Both the position numbers and the translations under genes were made by a program. The notes beneath the pieces are model-generated. The model did not search any database and was not told the origin of the DNA. It saw nothing but the letters and a program-made list of their open reading frames with translations. From assembly GCA_963555755.3 (NCBI GenBank), contig OY820905.2, positions 2,336,001 to 2,400,000 on the forward strand: 64,000 nt of DNA. Direction: 5' to 3'. Within the stretch, counting starts at the first letter, position 1. The number at the start of each line of letters is the position of its first letter. Below, piece by piece: positions 21,800-31,514 of the stretch. This DNA is from Nitrospirales bacterium. Lineage in GTDB: Bacteria > Nitrospirota > Nitrospiria > Nitrospirales > UBA8639.

Positions 21800-22027
21800 C
21801 TAAGCGCTTAACCGGGCCACCGGAGTCCTGGGTGCCCGTCGATTCGGCTTTCGATTGATGGTTAGGACTTCTGCGAGGCCATGCGCCCGATGTTGGGCAA
21901 TCACCGGATCTAAAATATTGCCACAGGCAACACATCGCATCGCTTTAATCCAAAACTCATCCATGTTGCCTTTAATATCCACGCAATCTTCCACAACCAT
22001 TAATCCTGCACATCGTGTACACCGCAT
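21800..22027 (-). CDS. Small Cys-rich protein (CxxC...CxxCG)
   Basis: MRCTRCAGLMV...RCVACGNILDP; GGAGGT RBS. Confidence 0.7.
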   Translation of the reverse strand: MRCTRCAGLMVVEDCVDIKGNMDEFWIKAMRCVACGNILDPVIAQHRAHGLAEVLTINRKPNRRAPRTPVARLSA

Positions 22028-22083
22028 CTCCCACCTCCTGAAAAGAGTTGTTTCCTCCATCTGCCAGCTCTCTTCCAGAGGTT

Positions 22084-22101
22084 TTGCATCAAGTGTGCCA
22101 G
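22084..22101 (-). promoter_or_regulatory. Putative sigma-54 promoter
   Basis: TGGCAC-ACTTG-ATGCA on the minus strand upstream of the Cys-rich gene. Confidence 0.55.
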
Positions 22102-22339
22102 ATAAGGATGCCCATTCTCTTCAAAATATTTACAACCAAGATAACCTCATCGCTGCCCCCTCAAACCCTTAATTTAGCAGTAATTCACTGTATTTATCCT
22201 CAAATTGGCCAGGGGCAATCCAATGACAAAATGGGAAAAACATCGACCCTAACCAGTTCTGAGACCTGTCTGAATTCTCGACAGGGTGTAGGAAGTTTTG
22301 ACAGCAAATTAGCGAATTGGACTAAGAAGAAATCATGAG

Positions 22340-23410
22340 CTAGCGAAATGTCACACCAAAGCCTGGAGCATTGGGGGTGCCGGGCGTTTTCCAGACCAAC
22401 ACGTCAAACGTACTGCCAAGCCTGGTAGGACTTGTTAAATGCTCAATTTGGACTAAAAAGTCTTTCGAGTCAGCACCTTGCGGCTGAAACTGGTGAATCC
22501 CTAGGTTCTTTAACCAAATTCCTTGCCAAGCCCGCCCTGCGGCTTCTAATCCAGCTAAACGTGCCGCCGCTTCGAGCGCCGTAAAATCGACATCGGCGGT
22601 GAGATCCTGATCCCCAATATGGTCGAACAGATCATAGGTCTGCTGTTGCTGATAATAACATCGAAGCGACCCATTCCTGCGCGTATAGTGATACAACACT
22701 GACGCCTCATCACCATAATCAATGATCACCAAATACCCTTGAGACATGATAGAAGCCGCCCGTTGGATAAACGAGTCAATTTCTAAACAGACCTCAGCCA
22801 AATGCCCTCGCCCAAGTACCACCCCCTCGGAAACCAGGCGGGATAACAGTTTTGGTGTCGAAGGCTCACCAAACTCCTCGGCAAAACATCCGTTTTGATC
22901 GATCCTCACATACATCTCCCAAAGATCGCCTCGGCCATCCGCCATCACCCGGTGGACCGGCAACGCATCAATAACTTCATTGGCAAACACGAACGACGGG
23001 CCGGGAGCCAGAGCTTCAACACAATCGACCACCCGCAATCCTAAGGCCTCCTGTTTTTGCCGAAGACCAGAACTGGTCTCAACCACCACATACTCATGAG
23101 GACAAGAAAGGTAGGAGAGAATTCTCGCCCCCAATTCGCCGGTCCCTGCTCCAAATTCCACGATACGTAAAGTTTCACCAAGCTTCGCATCAGCTTGCTC
23201 CACCGCTCGCGCCAGACTAAACGCAAAGGCAGGAAACATGGCACTGGTATTAAACGTTCCATCTTGTGAGCCAATCGCAGGGCCTCTCGAATAAAAACCC
23301 AAATCGTGATGAAATAGGGCCTGCTCCATGAATTCCCTAAAGGTTATTGGGCCTTGAGTTTGGATACGCTGCTTAAGAATCCGAGCCAGTTCTGTTTCTT
23401 GCCGTCTCAC
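22340..23410 (-). CDS. SAM-dependent methyltransferase, MidA/NDUFAF7 family
   Basis: GPITFREFM, EFGAGTG, ANEVIDALP, IDYG, DLTADVDF. Confidence 0.9.
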   Translation of the reverse strand: MRRQETELARILKQRIQTQGPITFREFMEQALFHHDLGFYSRGPAIGSQDGTFNTSAMFPAFAFSLARAVEQADAKLGETLRIVEFGAGTGELGARILSYLSCPHEYVVVETSSGLRQKQEALGLRVVDCVEALAPGPSFVFANEVIDALPVHRVMADGRGDLWEMYVRIDQNGCFAEEFGEPSTPKLLSRLVSEGVVLGRGHLAEVCLEIDSFIQRAASIMSQGYLVIIDYGDEASVLYHYTRRNGSLRCYYQQQQTYDLFDHIGDQDLTADVDFTALEAAARLAGLEAAGRAWQGIWLKNLGIHQFQPQGADSKDFLVQIEHLTSPTRLGSTFDVLVWKTPGTPNAPGFGVTFR

Positions 23411-23497
23411 GTTACCCTACCCATCTTTAAGCCCGGAATAAGAACCTGGCTATTTTGTGGTCCCTTCCACCGAAATATTTGCTAAAGATTAGGCAAT

Positions 23498-23534
23498 AAA
23501 AAAAGGAGGCTACCACATGGTAGCCTCCTTTTTT
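23498..23534. terminator. Bidirectional terminator
   Basis: A run-GGAGGCTACCA-C-ATGGTAGCCTCC-T run. Confidence 0.85.
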
Positions 23535-23561
23535 CTCATGTTTCGTCTAACTAAAAATTCC

Positions 23562-23906
23562 TTACTTAATAGAAGTCGCGCCAGCAGGGTTCACGTTCAC
23601 CCGATTCAAGGCACCTTCAATATCCGGCAATTGCCCAGCGCCTGTGGACTTCACTTTCCGCATGTTGTTGGGGTCTGAAGTTCGTTTCATAGCAGCAGCA
23701 TCGGCCGATGAGGCTGCAAGGATTGAAGCACTGGCACCACCCGCACTGGGTTGCCCGGGATCATTGGCGGTGGACTGGCCATCTGGAGATGTTCCTTTTG
23801 CTGGATAGCCAGGATGATCCGGGAGCGTTGCTGGATTAGCAAACGCAACTGTAGCCATAAAGGCAGTACCCGCGAACACGATAAGAAGAAGGCGAATACC
23901 TTTCAT
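23562..23906 (-). CDS. Small secreted hypothetical protein
   Basis: Signal peptide ending AFA; AAGGAG RBS. Confidence 0.75.
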   Translation of the reverse strand: MKGIRLLLIVFAGTAFMATVAFANPATLPDHPGYPAKGTSPDGQSTANDPGQPSAGGASASILAASSADAAAMKRTSDPNNMRKVKSTGAGQLPDIEGALNRVNVNPAGATSIK

Positions 23907-24060
23907 AAGTCCGCTCCTTTGTTAAAACAGGTTATAGCCGATAAAGACGTGGAATATCCGATCCAACTCAGAAAAGAAAGCCGAATTTTATTCATTTTCG
24001 CTAGGGGGTGTCAAGCACCCTCTCGAATAAGGGAATTCGGCCCCAAAGGGGTCAACATTA

Positions 24061-25872
24061 TTAAGCAGGACGCCGAGGCCTTCGTGGTGGCCCGCCCCGC
24101 CGGCGATAAGGAGCTTTTGGGCGAAGTGGGGGGAATCTCAGTTCCACCGTCGTCCCTTCTTCGGGGTGGCTTTCTATGGAAATACGGCCTTGATGCTCTT
24201 GGACAATTTTTTTCACCATGGCCAATCCGAGCCCCGTTCCCGACCATTTCGTCGTAAAATAGGGCTCAAAAACTTTTTCGAGAAGATCTTCAGGGATAGG
24301 AGCACCATCATTAAATATCCGCAGGATGATCTCCGGCTGACCTCCTCGTGACTGCGAGGCGGAGACCCGAAGATGGCCGCCAGGAGACATTGCCTCCAGT
24401 GCATTTTTAAAAATACTTAAAAAGACATGCCGCATTTTATCGATATCCCACCGCACCTGCCCCAAACGGGCAGGAAACTCTTTGGTCACCTCAATGCGGT
24501 TGACTTTTACATCCGTCGTAATCAGCGCGAGAGCCTCGTCAATCACATGGGGGATGCGGCAAGGGCGCCGATCCAGTTCCAGGGGTTTGGCAAAATCCAG
24601 AATTTCATTCAGTAGGCTTTCCATCCGAATCAAATCCCGCATGGCACCTTCCACACGAGTTTGGGATTCGAAATCCAACGACCCCTCACCCGTGACTTCT
24701 TCCAATTGCGCACGAACAAAACCCATGGGCTCCCGAATTTCCGCCGCCAAAAATGAACTGACTTCATTTAAGGCCGATTGGCGTTCCTGACGCCGAATGG
24801 CAGGCTCTGAAGGTTTGGATGCGGAGGAATCGGTTGCAGGTTTTTCGGAGGCTTGTTGAACGGAAAAGACCGAAAGCTGGTAGGCCGGATCGTCAAACAG
24901 TTGTGCCAGTTGGGTGGTAATCGCTTCGAGTTTTCGGGATTCCGATTCTGGGGCTTCGTATTGATCAGCCGTTTTTGACGAAATGGTTACGGTCCCCCCA
25001 ACTCGCCCTCTCACAAAAAACGGGATCACGAGCGTACACCGATATTTATCACGATAGAGTTGTTTGTAATCTTGGAACCGTCCCTGAGTGGACGCTAAAT
25101 TATGATCAATGCGCGGTTTTCGATGGCGAACCGCCCAACCCGAGGCGGATTCATTGAGAGACAGAGTTTGGCCAGGCAAGAGCTCTTTTTTATGCCCCGC
25201 CAGACATCCTAACACCTCCAATGAGGCGGCTAGGGGATCGTACCGCGTGACCCACCCACGATCAAACGAAAGAGTACCCTGAGCTTCGGTCAGCAGGGCC
25301 AACACTTTGTCCTGAACCTGCGGTGAAGTATAACTTCGAGGTTGCCCGGCTTCCGGCTGTAGCTCAACCTTCGGAGCAGACTCCTGTGCGACCTTGGGCC
25401 GATGGAGAATAACCGACCCATCAAACAGATTCGCCTCACGCAACTGCTTGGTAATACTGTCTCGCACTGAATCGATTGACGCACGCTCCTTTTTGGTAAA
25501 AGCACTTCCCCCTCGTTTTCCCAGGACCACCACGCCATACAGCTGCTCTCCATCTTTGAGAGGAACCGCTAGGAGATTTTTTGAACTCGGAGCCACAACC
25601 TGGAGATTGAGGGCCTCTTTGAGATCAGTGCCATTTGCCCGGCCTGAGCTCTTTTCCACATTCCCTTCAGCTCCAGATAATACCCGAAGAACCGCTCGCA
25701 CTTCCCGTTCGGAAAACCCTCGTGTCACCTGAGGAGCAAACGGCCCATCCGTGTGATTCAGGAGGGCGACAGTCGTATCCATCCCTAGCTCATTGACGGC
25801 TGTGGTGAGAATCCGTTGAAGAGTCGTGGGTTTCGAGACTGGAGCGGATTTCGGCGTAGGAGTTTTTCGCAT
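24061..25872 (-). CDS. GAF-domain sensor histidine kinase-like protein
   Basis: Two GAF-like regions; NALEAM, PYFTTK, GTGLGL; the H-box reads LAAEIREP with no His. Confidence 0.85.
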   Translation of the reverse strand: MRKTPTPKSAPVSKPTTLQRILTTAVNELGMDTTVALLNHTDGPFAPQVTRGFSEREVRAVLRVLSGAEGNVEKSSGRANGTDLKEALNLQVVAPSSKNLLAVPLKDGEQLYGVVVLGKRGGSAFTKKERASIDSVRDSITKQLREANLFDGSVILHRPKVAQESAPKVELQPEAGQPRSYTSPQVQDKVLALLTEAQGTLSFDRGWVTRYDPLAASLEVLGCLAGHKKELLPGQTLSLNESASGWAVRHRKPRIDHNLASTQGRFQDYKQLYRDKYRCTLVIPFFVRGRVGGTVTISSKTADQYEAPESESRKLEAITTQLAQLFDDPAYQLSVFSVQQASEKPATDSSASKPSEPAIRRQERQSALNEVSSFLAAEIREPMGFVRAQLEEVTGEGSLDFESQTRVEGAMRDLIRMESLLNEILDFAKPLELDRRPCRIPHVIDEALALITTDVKVNRIEVTKEFPARLGQVRWDIDKMRHVFLSIFKNALEAMSPGGHLRVSASQSRGGQPEIILRIFNDGAPIPEDLLEKVFEPYFTTKWSGTGLGLAMVKKIVQEHQGRISIESHPEEGTTVELRFPPLRPKAPYRRRGGPPRRPRRPA

Positions 25873-26018
25873 GAGTTTCTCAGGGAATGGCTGTTAGGAG
25901 CCTGTCCGAAATTAGACGGATCTACCGCGGATGCGCTGGATTTGGCCAGATCTTCCGATCCTTTTCGTTAAATATTCAGTAACTACTCAGGTCAATTTTC
26001 TATAGCCTGATTTTTTTC

Positions 26019-26047
26019 TGGACTAACGGCTCCACCCATGGCATAAT
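26019..26047 (+). promoter_or_regulatory. Sigma-70 promoter for a probably leaderless DUF4338-tnp mRNA
   Basis: TGGACT-17 bp-CATAAT with extended TG, 7 nt before the ATG, no SD. Confidence 0.65.
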
Positions 26048-26054
26048 CGGGGCC

Positions 26055-26942
26055 ATGAATGAAGCGATTACATGTCAAGGTCGTCGCCTCCCCCAATCTG
26101 ATCTGTGCTGGTTACGCCATCTGGTTTGCCGGCACCCTGACTGGAGCCGCCATAAAATAACCCAGCATATTTGTCGGCACTGGGGCTGGCAGACCCCGTC
26201 CGGACAACTGAAAACCTTTGCCGCCCGCAGCATGATCGACAAACTCGAACATCGCGGGCTCCTGAAGCTGCCCCCGATTCGTGTCGCCTCTCGACGCAAC
26301 ATCTTCCCCCCTTTCCGAAAGGGGTTTATGCCTCCCGAAGCCCCGCACATCGACGCAGCTCTCAAGACCCTGACGCCCCTGTCCATTCATATTCCAACCT
26401 CACATTCCTACGAAGCCAGTTGTGTGGGATATTACCTGAGCCACCATCACTACCTCGGGTTCACCCGAACGGTCGGTGAACATCTCAAGTACCTGGTGCG
26501 GGATCGCTCCGGGCAGGATCTGGCCTGCCTCCTCTTCGGTTCCGCCGCCTGGAAAACCACCCCGCGCGACACCTTTATCGGCTGGGAGCCGGACACCCGA
26601 GCCGCCAACCTCAACTTCATGACCAACAATACCCGCTTTCTCATCCTGCCCTGGGTGCGTGTGCCGCATCTGGCCAGCCATCTCCTGGGCCGGGTCATGA
26701 GACGTCTCCGGCAGGACTGGATCGAGAAATACGGCCATCCCGTCCACTTGGTGGAGACCTTTGTGGAGCGAGACCGCTTCAAAGGTATCTGCTATCAGGC
26801 CGCGAACTGGCTCTATGTCGGGCAGACCAAAGGCCGGTCCCGGCAGGACCGTGACAAGGCTCTGCGCGTGCCGGTGAAGGCAATTTATCTCTATCCCCTC
26901 ATCCGCCACTTCCGACAGGCCCTCTGCCGGAGCAAGCCATGA
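26055..26942 (+). CDS. DUF4338 / DruA-like protein
   Basis: HHYLG, GEHLKYLV, AAWK..RDTFIGW, NNTRFLILPWVRVPHLASHLL, ETFVE..RFKGICYQAANW. Confidence 0.88.
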   Translation: MNEAITCQGRRLPQSDLCWLRHLVCRHPDWSRHKITQHICRHWGWQTPSGQLKTFAARSMIDKLEHRGLLKLPPIRVASRRNIFPPFRKGFMPPEAPHIDAALKTLTPLSIHIPTSHSYEASCVGYYLSHHHYLGFTRTVGEHLKYLVRDRSGQDLACLLFGSAAWKTTPRDTFIGWEPDTRAANLNFMTNNTRFLILPWVRVPHLASHLLGRVMRRLRQDWIEKYGHPVHLVETFVERDRFKGICYQAANWLYVGQTKGRSRQDRDKALRVPVKAIYLYPLIRHFRQALCRSKP

Positions 26943-28387
26943 CCTTCACCCGCGACGCACTCCTCATCCTGGCCAAGAGCAACCCCGAGGCGCTCGTCGA
27001 ACTGATCCTGGCGCTGCAGGAACAGGGGCAGGCGCTGACCACGCATGTCACCGAACTGGCACAGCGGCTCGACCAACACAGTCGCAACAGCAGCAAACCG
27101 CCCTCGTCCGATGGACCGGCCAAGCCCCGAACCAAGAGCCTGCGCATACCTTCCGGGAAAAAGCCGGGCGGCCAACAGGGACATGCCGGCCAGACGTTAA
27201 AACAGGTGGAAACCCCAGACCACCTGGTCCACCTGCCTGTTCACTCCTGTTCCTGCCATGCCGACCTCACCAACGAGACGGTCACCGGCTATGAACGCCG
27301 GCAGCTCTTTGAACTGCCGGAGCCAAAACTCGACGTCACCGAATATCGGGGAGCAATCAAAACCTGCCCCCAATGCGGCCGCTCGGTCACGGCGTCATTT
27401 CCTGATGACCTGCCTGCGCCGGCACAGTACGGTCCCAGATTTCGCAGCCTCCTGGTCTACCTCCAGAACCAACAGTTGATCCCCTTACGCCGTGTCAGCC
27501 AGATGATGGCTGATCTGTATGGCGCCTCGGTCAGCGACGCCACCATTGACGAGGCCTCCCGCCGAAGTTATGAGCACCTCGCGCCGTTCGAGACTGCGGT
27601 CAAAGAAGCGCTCGGCAAGAGTCCCATCCTCCATGCCGATGAAAGCGGCGTCCGCACGGCCGGGACGCTCCACTGGCTCCACAGTGCCAGCACGGCCACG
27701 TTGACCTTTTACGGTGTGCACGCCAAACGGGGAAGAGAGGCGATCGAGCAGTTCCAGATCCTCCCGGATTTTGCTGGCCGCCTGATCCACGATTTCTGGA
27801 AACCCTATCTCTCCTATGACTGTGCCCACGGCCTCTGTAACGCCCATCATTTGCGGGAACTCACGTGCCTGTTCGAGCAGCACGAACAACCATGGGCCAA
27901 ACACATGTTTGACCTGTTGCTGACGATGAACGTGTTTGTCAGCAAGCAACTCGCACAGTTAACGGAAGAACAGAAAACCCCCTGGCTGAAACAATACAGG
28001 GATCTTCTCACCCTCGGATGGCAGGCCAACCCCCTTCCGGCACCGCCACAGAAAAAGTCACGAGGCCGGCCCAAAAAGACCAAGGCCCAAAATCTCCTCA
28101 CCCGTCTTGGCGAGCATGAAGCCTCCGTGCTCGCGTTCCTCCATGACAGACAGGTTCCCTTCACTAATAATCTGGCAGAACAGGATATCCGCATGATCAA
28201 GCTCCGCCTCAAAATATCCGGGTGTTTTCGAACGCTTCAAGGCGCGAGGCAGTTCGCCCGCATACGAAGCTACCTTTCTACCGCGAGAAAGCAGGGCGGC
28301 AACATGCTGCAAGCCATTTCACAAGCCATGATCGGCCACCCCTTTATGCCTGCACAATTCACTACAAAGATCATCACACCTGAGTAG
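26939..28387 (+). CDS. IS66-family transposase (TnpC-like)
   Basis: NSSKPPSSD, GGQQGH, CPQCG, HADESG, CNAHHLREL, PFTNNLAEQDIR. Confidence 0.95.
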   Translation: MTFTRDALLILAKSNPEALVELILALQEQGQALTTHVTELAQRLDQHSRNSSKPPSSDGPAKPRTKSLRIPSGKKPGGQQGHAGQTLKQVETPDHLVHLPVHSCSCHADLTNETVTGYERRQLFELPEPKLDVTEYRGAIKTCPQCGRSVTASFPDDLPAPAQYGPRFRSLLVYLQNQQLIPLRRVSQMMADLYGASVSDATIDEASRRSYEHLAPFETAVKEALGKSPILHADESGVRTAGTLHWLHSASTATLTFYGVHAKRGREAIEQFQILPDFAGRLIHDFWKPYLSYDCAHGLCNAHHLRELTCLFEQHEQPWAKHMFDLLLTMNVFVSKQLAQLTEEQKTPWLKQYRDLLTLGWQANPLPAPPQKKSRGRPKKTKAQNLLTRLGEHEASVLAFLHDRQVPFTNNLAEQDIRMIKLRLKISGCFRTLQGARQFARIRSYLSTARKQGGNMLQAISQAMIGHPFMPAQFTTKIITPE

Positions 28388-28512
28388 TTACAATATTCAC
28401 CACTATTCGCCTCAAACGATCGAAACATCTGACTCAAACCAGCTCCCCCTCGTCACGATCGCTAATCTCGGACAGGCTCCTCGCAAAATACAAAAAGCCT
28501 CATCACCACGGA

Positions 28513-28669
28513 GGGTTCGCGCAAGAATACCTTCCCCGGTTTGGGTGCTGAGACACCTGTCTGGCAAGGCGCGAGGACTGCGCATACTCCTCGTATGGAA
28601 AGGACGAGCAACGCCGCCAGGCGGGATGGATCGACGCCCAAACCGGGGAAGGTATTCTTGCGCGAACCC
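28513..28669 (+). repeat. Family C MITE inside a partial family H element (about 28486-28752)
   Basis: C TIRs; flanks match 41703-41811. Confidence 0.8.
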
Positions 28670-28751
28670 TAAGGTGACCACGACTTTTTGTATTTCACCA
28701 TGCACGCCAATATCTTACACGTCTTATTTGCGCCCAACTGCCGTATCTAGG

Positions 28752-28845
28752 TTGAATAGTCCCACTATTCGCCTCAAACGATCGAAACATCTGACTCAAA
28801 CCCGCACATCCTCGCGACGATCGCTAATCTCGGACAGGCTCCTAG
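28752..28845 (+). repeat. Right half of a family D MITE
   Basis: ...CTAATCTCGGACAGGCTCCTAG. Confidence 0.75.
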
Positions 28846-28873
28846 CGGATTGTAACGGCGTGTTAGGGTTATT

Positions 28874-29275
28874 TCAATTGATATGACGAATTTTTCTTTC
28901 CCGAGGCTGAGACATGGCCATTTCGACCTGTCCCCGTTCAGACACAAACATATTCATGACCCCACTGACCAGGCTAATGATCACCGCTCCACCCACAGCC
29001 GGCCAAAAGCCAGCGACATGGAAGCCCTTGACTAAAAACGACACCACACCCAACAGAAACCCGTTGATCACCAGCATGAACAATCCCAAGGTGACCAAGA
29101 TAAACGGGGCGGAAAGCAAATACAGAATGGGTCGAACGAGGGCATTCAGAATAGCAAGGACCATCACACCAACAATACCCGAGGCCAGCGAGTCAATCCG
29201 TATACCGGGAATGATTTCACTCGCGACCAACACCGCCACTCCGGTGACAATGACTCGTAGAATAAATCCTCTCAC
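28874..29275 (-). CDS. Holin-like membrane protein (YvlD / 4-TM phage holin family)
   Basis: LNALVRPIL..L..PF..VTLGLF.LVIN. Confidence 0.85.
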   Translation of the reverse strand: MRGFILRVIVTGVAVLVASEIIPGIRIDSLASGIVGVMVLAILNALVRPILYLLSAPFILVTLGLFMLVINGFLLGVVSFLVKGFHVAGFWPAVGGAVIISLVSGVMNMFVSERGQVEMAMSQPRERKIRHIN

Positions 29276-29413
29276 GGGTTGCCTGCACTCCTCTTTTCAA
29301 AACGCTCATGAAACCCTGGGCATGAGTTTCTATGGTCCTGCTCATCTTACCCAGGCCCGCACCTTCCCACAAGCATGAAGTTGGTGAAAATCAACCCCTC
29401 GGCCTCGGAAACA

Positions 29414-30226
29414 TCACGTTTGACCCGAAAGAGGGAGCCTTCCACAAAGTTTTAGCAAGGCAAGTATCGTGATGGGAATATAAATCAAACACCCGGTAAT
29501 GCCCATCAACAGCTCACCAATCCAAAACGTGACCCCAAGATTAAACAGGAGCACTGTATAGTACAAACCACAGCCAAGTAGTATTTCCTGCACAGGAATG
29601 GTTTGAGGAAGTTTCGGCAAGATCCCGGGTCGTTGATCCACAACACGATACCCGATCATGGCCAGAAGACCCACAATAAACCACCCCATAAAATTCGCAA
29701 GCGGCACGCCAAAATACACTCCGGGATCAGGGTAGCCATAAATTTGCCCTAAAAACCATCGCCCCCCTTGAAGAGCCACCGGATCAATCACGATGTCAAT
29801 ACACATAAACAGCAAACAGGTCAGGCCAATCACCGGCCAGGAAAGAATGTCCTTCAAAAGGAAGTGTCGCCCCAATGGGTTTGAAGATATTTGAAATGAC
29901 AAGACAAACAACAGGGCCAGGCAATAGCTCGCATACAATAAAAATGTAAACGACAACGAATCCATGAACGGGATGTTGAAAATATACAATTCTTCACCCA
30001 CGGTAGATCCGGTGTAAAAATAATCGCCAAACGGAATCCCTATTCGAGTCGATAAAAACTCACACACAAAAGCCGTGGCCCAGGTAATCCCAAACATCAC
30101 CCCAGTGCGCTTCCATCCCAAAAACCGCGACGCCGCAACCAACGACACCGCCAAAAAGAAAAACACATACGGCCGAAGAAGAACCGTATTTAGAAAAAGA
30201 ATAGGAATATCCACAGGCAAGTTCAT
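29414..30226 (-). CDS. CruF / DUF422 carotenoid-biosynthesis-type membrane protein
   Basis: GIPFGDYFY, IDIVIDPVA, YFGVPLANFMGW. Confidence 0.85.
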   Translation of the reverse strand: MNLPVDIPILFLNTVLLRPYVFFFLAVSLVAASRFLGWKRTGVMFGITWATAFVCEFLSTRIGIPFGDYFYTGSTVGEELYIFNIPFMDSLSFTFLLYASYCLALLFVLSFQISSNPLGRHFLLKDILSWPVIGLTCLLFMCIDIVIDPVALQGGRWFLGQIYGYPDPGVYFGVPLANFMGWFIVGLLAMIGYRVVDQRPGILPKLPQTIPVQEILLGCGLYYTVLLFNLGVTFWIGELLMGITGCLIYIPITILALLKLCGRLPLSGQT

Positions 30227-30252
30227 TTATTTGTGAAGGATGAAAGAAAAAT

Positions 30253-30331
30253 CGTGATGCGTGAAGCGTAATGAGTCATGCGTAAAAAAAATGAGTGTTT
30301 CCCAATTTAACGCTTCACGTCTCACGCTTCA
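30253..30331. repeat. Heptamer-type inverted repeat (TCACGCT/TCACGTC units)
   Basis: GTGATGCGTGAAGCGT...TAACGCTTCACGTCTCACGCTTCA; similar tracts at 54754-54817 and 62432-62553. Confidence 0.6.
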
Positions 30332-31315
30332 CACGTAACCATGATCCCGAAACCACCGCACGGCCTTTTCCAACGCCACCTCCACTGGAGTCTGCGGCAA
30401 GCCCAGCTCTCGAATCGCTTTCGAGCAATCATAATGCATCAGGTACTTCGCCATCCGCACGCCTTCAAGTGGAATACGCGGGGTTTGATGCGTGAGATAA
30501 TCCGAAATCCATGTATTGACATGCGCCAACGGCAATACAAGCCCATGTGGCAACTTCCACTTCGGAGCCTTGACCCCGGTCAATCCACTTAGAATCTCAA
30601 ACACTTCTTTCAACATCAGATTGCGACAACCTAAAATATACCGCTCACCAACTTTTCCCCGTTCCATGGCTTGCAAATGTCCAACCGCCACATCCTCGAC
30701 GTCAATCAAGTTCATGCCGGTTTCAATATACGCAGCCATCCGACCCTTCATAAAATCAACCAGGATTTGACCGGTTGGCGTCGGCTTCACATCACACACC
30801 CCCACCGGAGCCGAAGGGTTCACAATCACAACAGGCAGCCCCGCCTTCGCCATTTTCATGACTTCTTGCTCAGCCAAAAACTTCGACCGTTTATAATCCC
30901 CCGCCATTTGCTCAAGAGTAATCGCCGTTTCTTCCGTGCCAACTCCCCCACCTTCCGGCAATCCTATGGCCCCAATCGTACTCGTATAGACAATGCGCTC
31001 GATCCCGACATCCTTGGCCGCTTCCAATAACGCCTTCGTCCCATCCACATTTACCCTGTAAAACACCGAGGGATCACGAGCCCACAACGCATAATGCGCC
31101 GCCACATGAAACAACTGTTGGCAGCCAGTCAAAGCCGATCGTAGCGATGCCGCATCGCATAAATCCCCCGGCATGGTTTCTATCGACAGACCATCAAGTG
31201 CCCGAAGATCTGTCCCAGGCCGGACCAGGGTGCGTACTTCGATCCCCGCGGCAAGCAACGCACGAGCTACCGCCGACCCAATAAATCCTGTCGCCCCTGT
31301 GACTAAGGCCTTCAT
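30329..31315 (-). CDS. hpnA: Hopanoid-associated NAD-dependent epimerase/dehydratase
   Basis: TGATGFIG, HVAAHYALW, YKRSK, DVKPTPTG. Confidence 0.85.
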   Translation of the reverse strand: MKALVTGATGFIGSAVARALLAAGIEVRTLVRPGTDLRALDGLSIETMPGDLCDAASLRSALTGCQQLFHVAAHYALWARDPSVFYRVNVDGTKALLEAAKDVGIERIVYTSTIGAIGLPEGGGVGTEETAITLEQMAGDYKRSKFLAEQEVMKMAKAGLPVVIVNPSAPVGVCDVKPTPTGQILVDFMKGRMAAYIETGMNLIDVEDVAVGHLQAMERGKVGERYILGCRNLMLKEVFEILSGLTGVKAPKWKLPHGLVLPLAHVNTWISDYLTHQTPRIPLEGVRMAKYLMHYDCSKAIRELGLPQTPVEVALEKAVRWFRDHGYV

Positions 31316-31514
31316 AGGTCAGACTGTATAAAAATGTGAGCAGGAAGAAAAGGGGGGATACGATTTTCCGGGTCTGCTTGGTACAAAACAGGAACCCAAA
31401 GCCGTGGAGTGATGCCGAGGCCTTTTCAGTTATACAAATTCAAGAAGGCTGAATCGAGAAGTGGGGTAGGAATTGTTTGATCGCAGGTCTTAGAGAAAAC
31501 TATACATTTTTCAC

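Larger units (their letters stand above)
25979..28391 (+). mobile_element. IS66-family element carrying a DUF4338 gene
   Basis: TIR GTAACTACTCAGGT/ACCTGAGTAGTTAC; 8-bp TSD AATATTCA. Confidence 0.93.
25894..28480 (+). repeat. Family D MITE interrupted by the IS66-type element
   Basis: 25894-25978 plus 28392-28480 reconstitute a D copy. Confidence 0.8.

Noticed and set aside
26055..26942. Complete Druantia defence system
   Set aside because: Only a DruA-like gene is present, inside IS ends; no DruE helicase or other dru genes
28874..29275. Prophage implied by the holin-like gene
   Set aside because: Common chromosomal membrane family; no phage genes nearby
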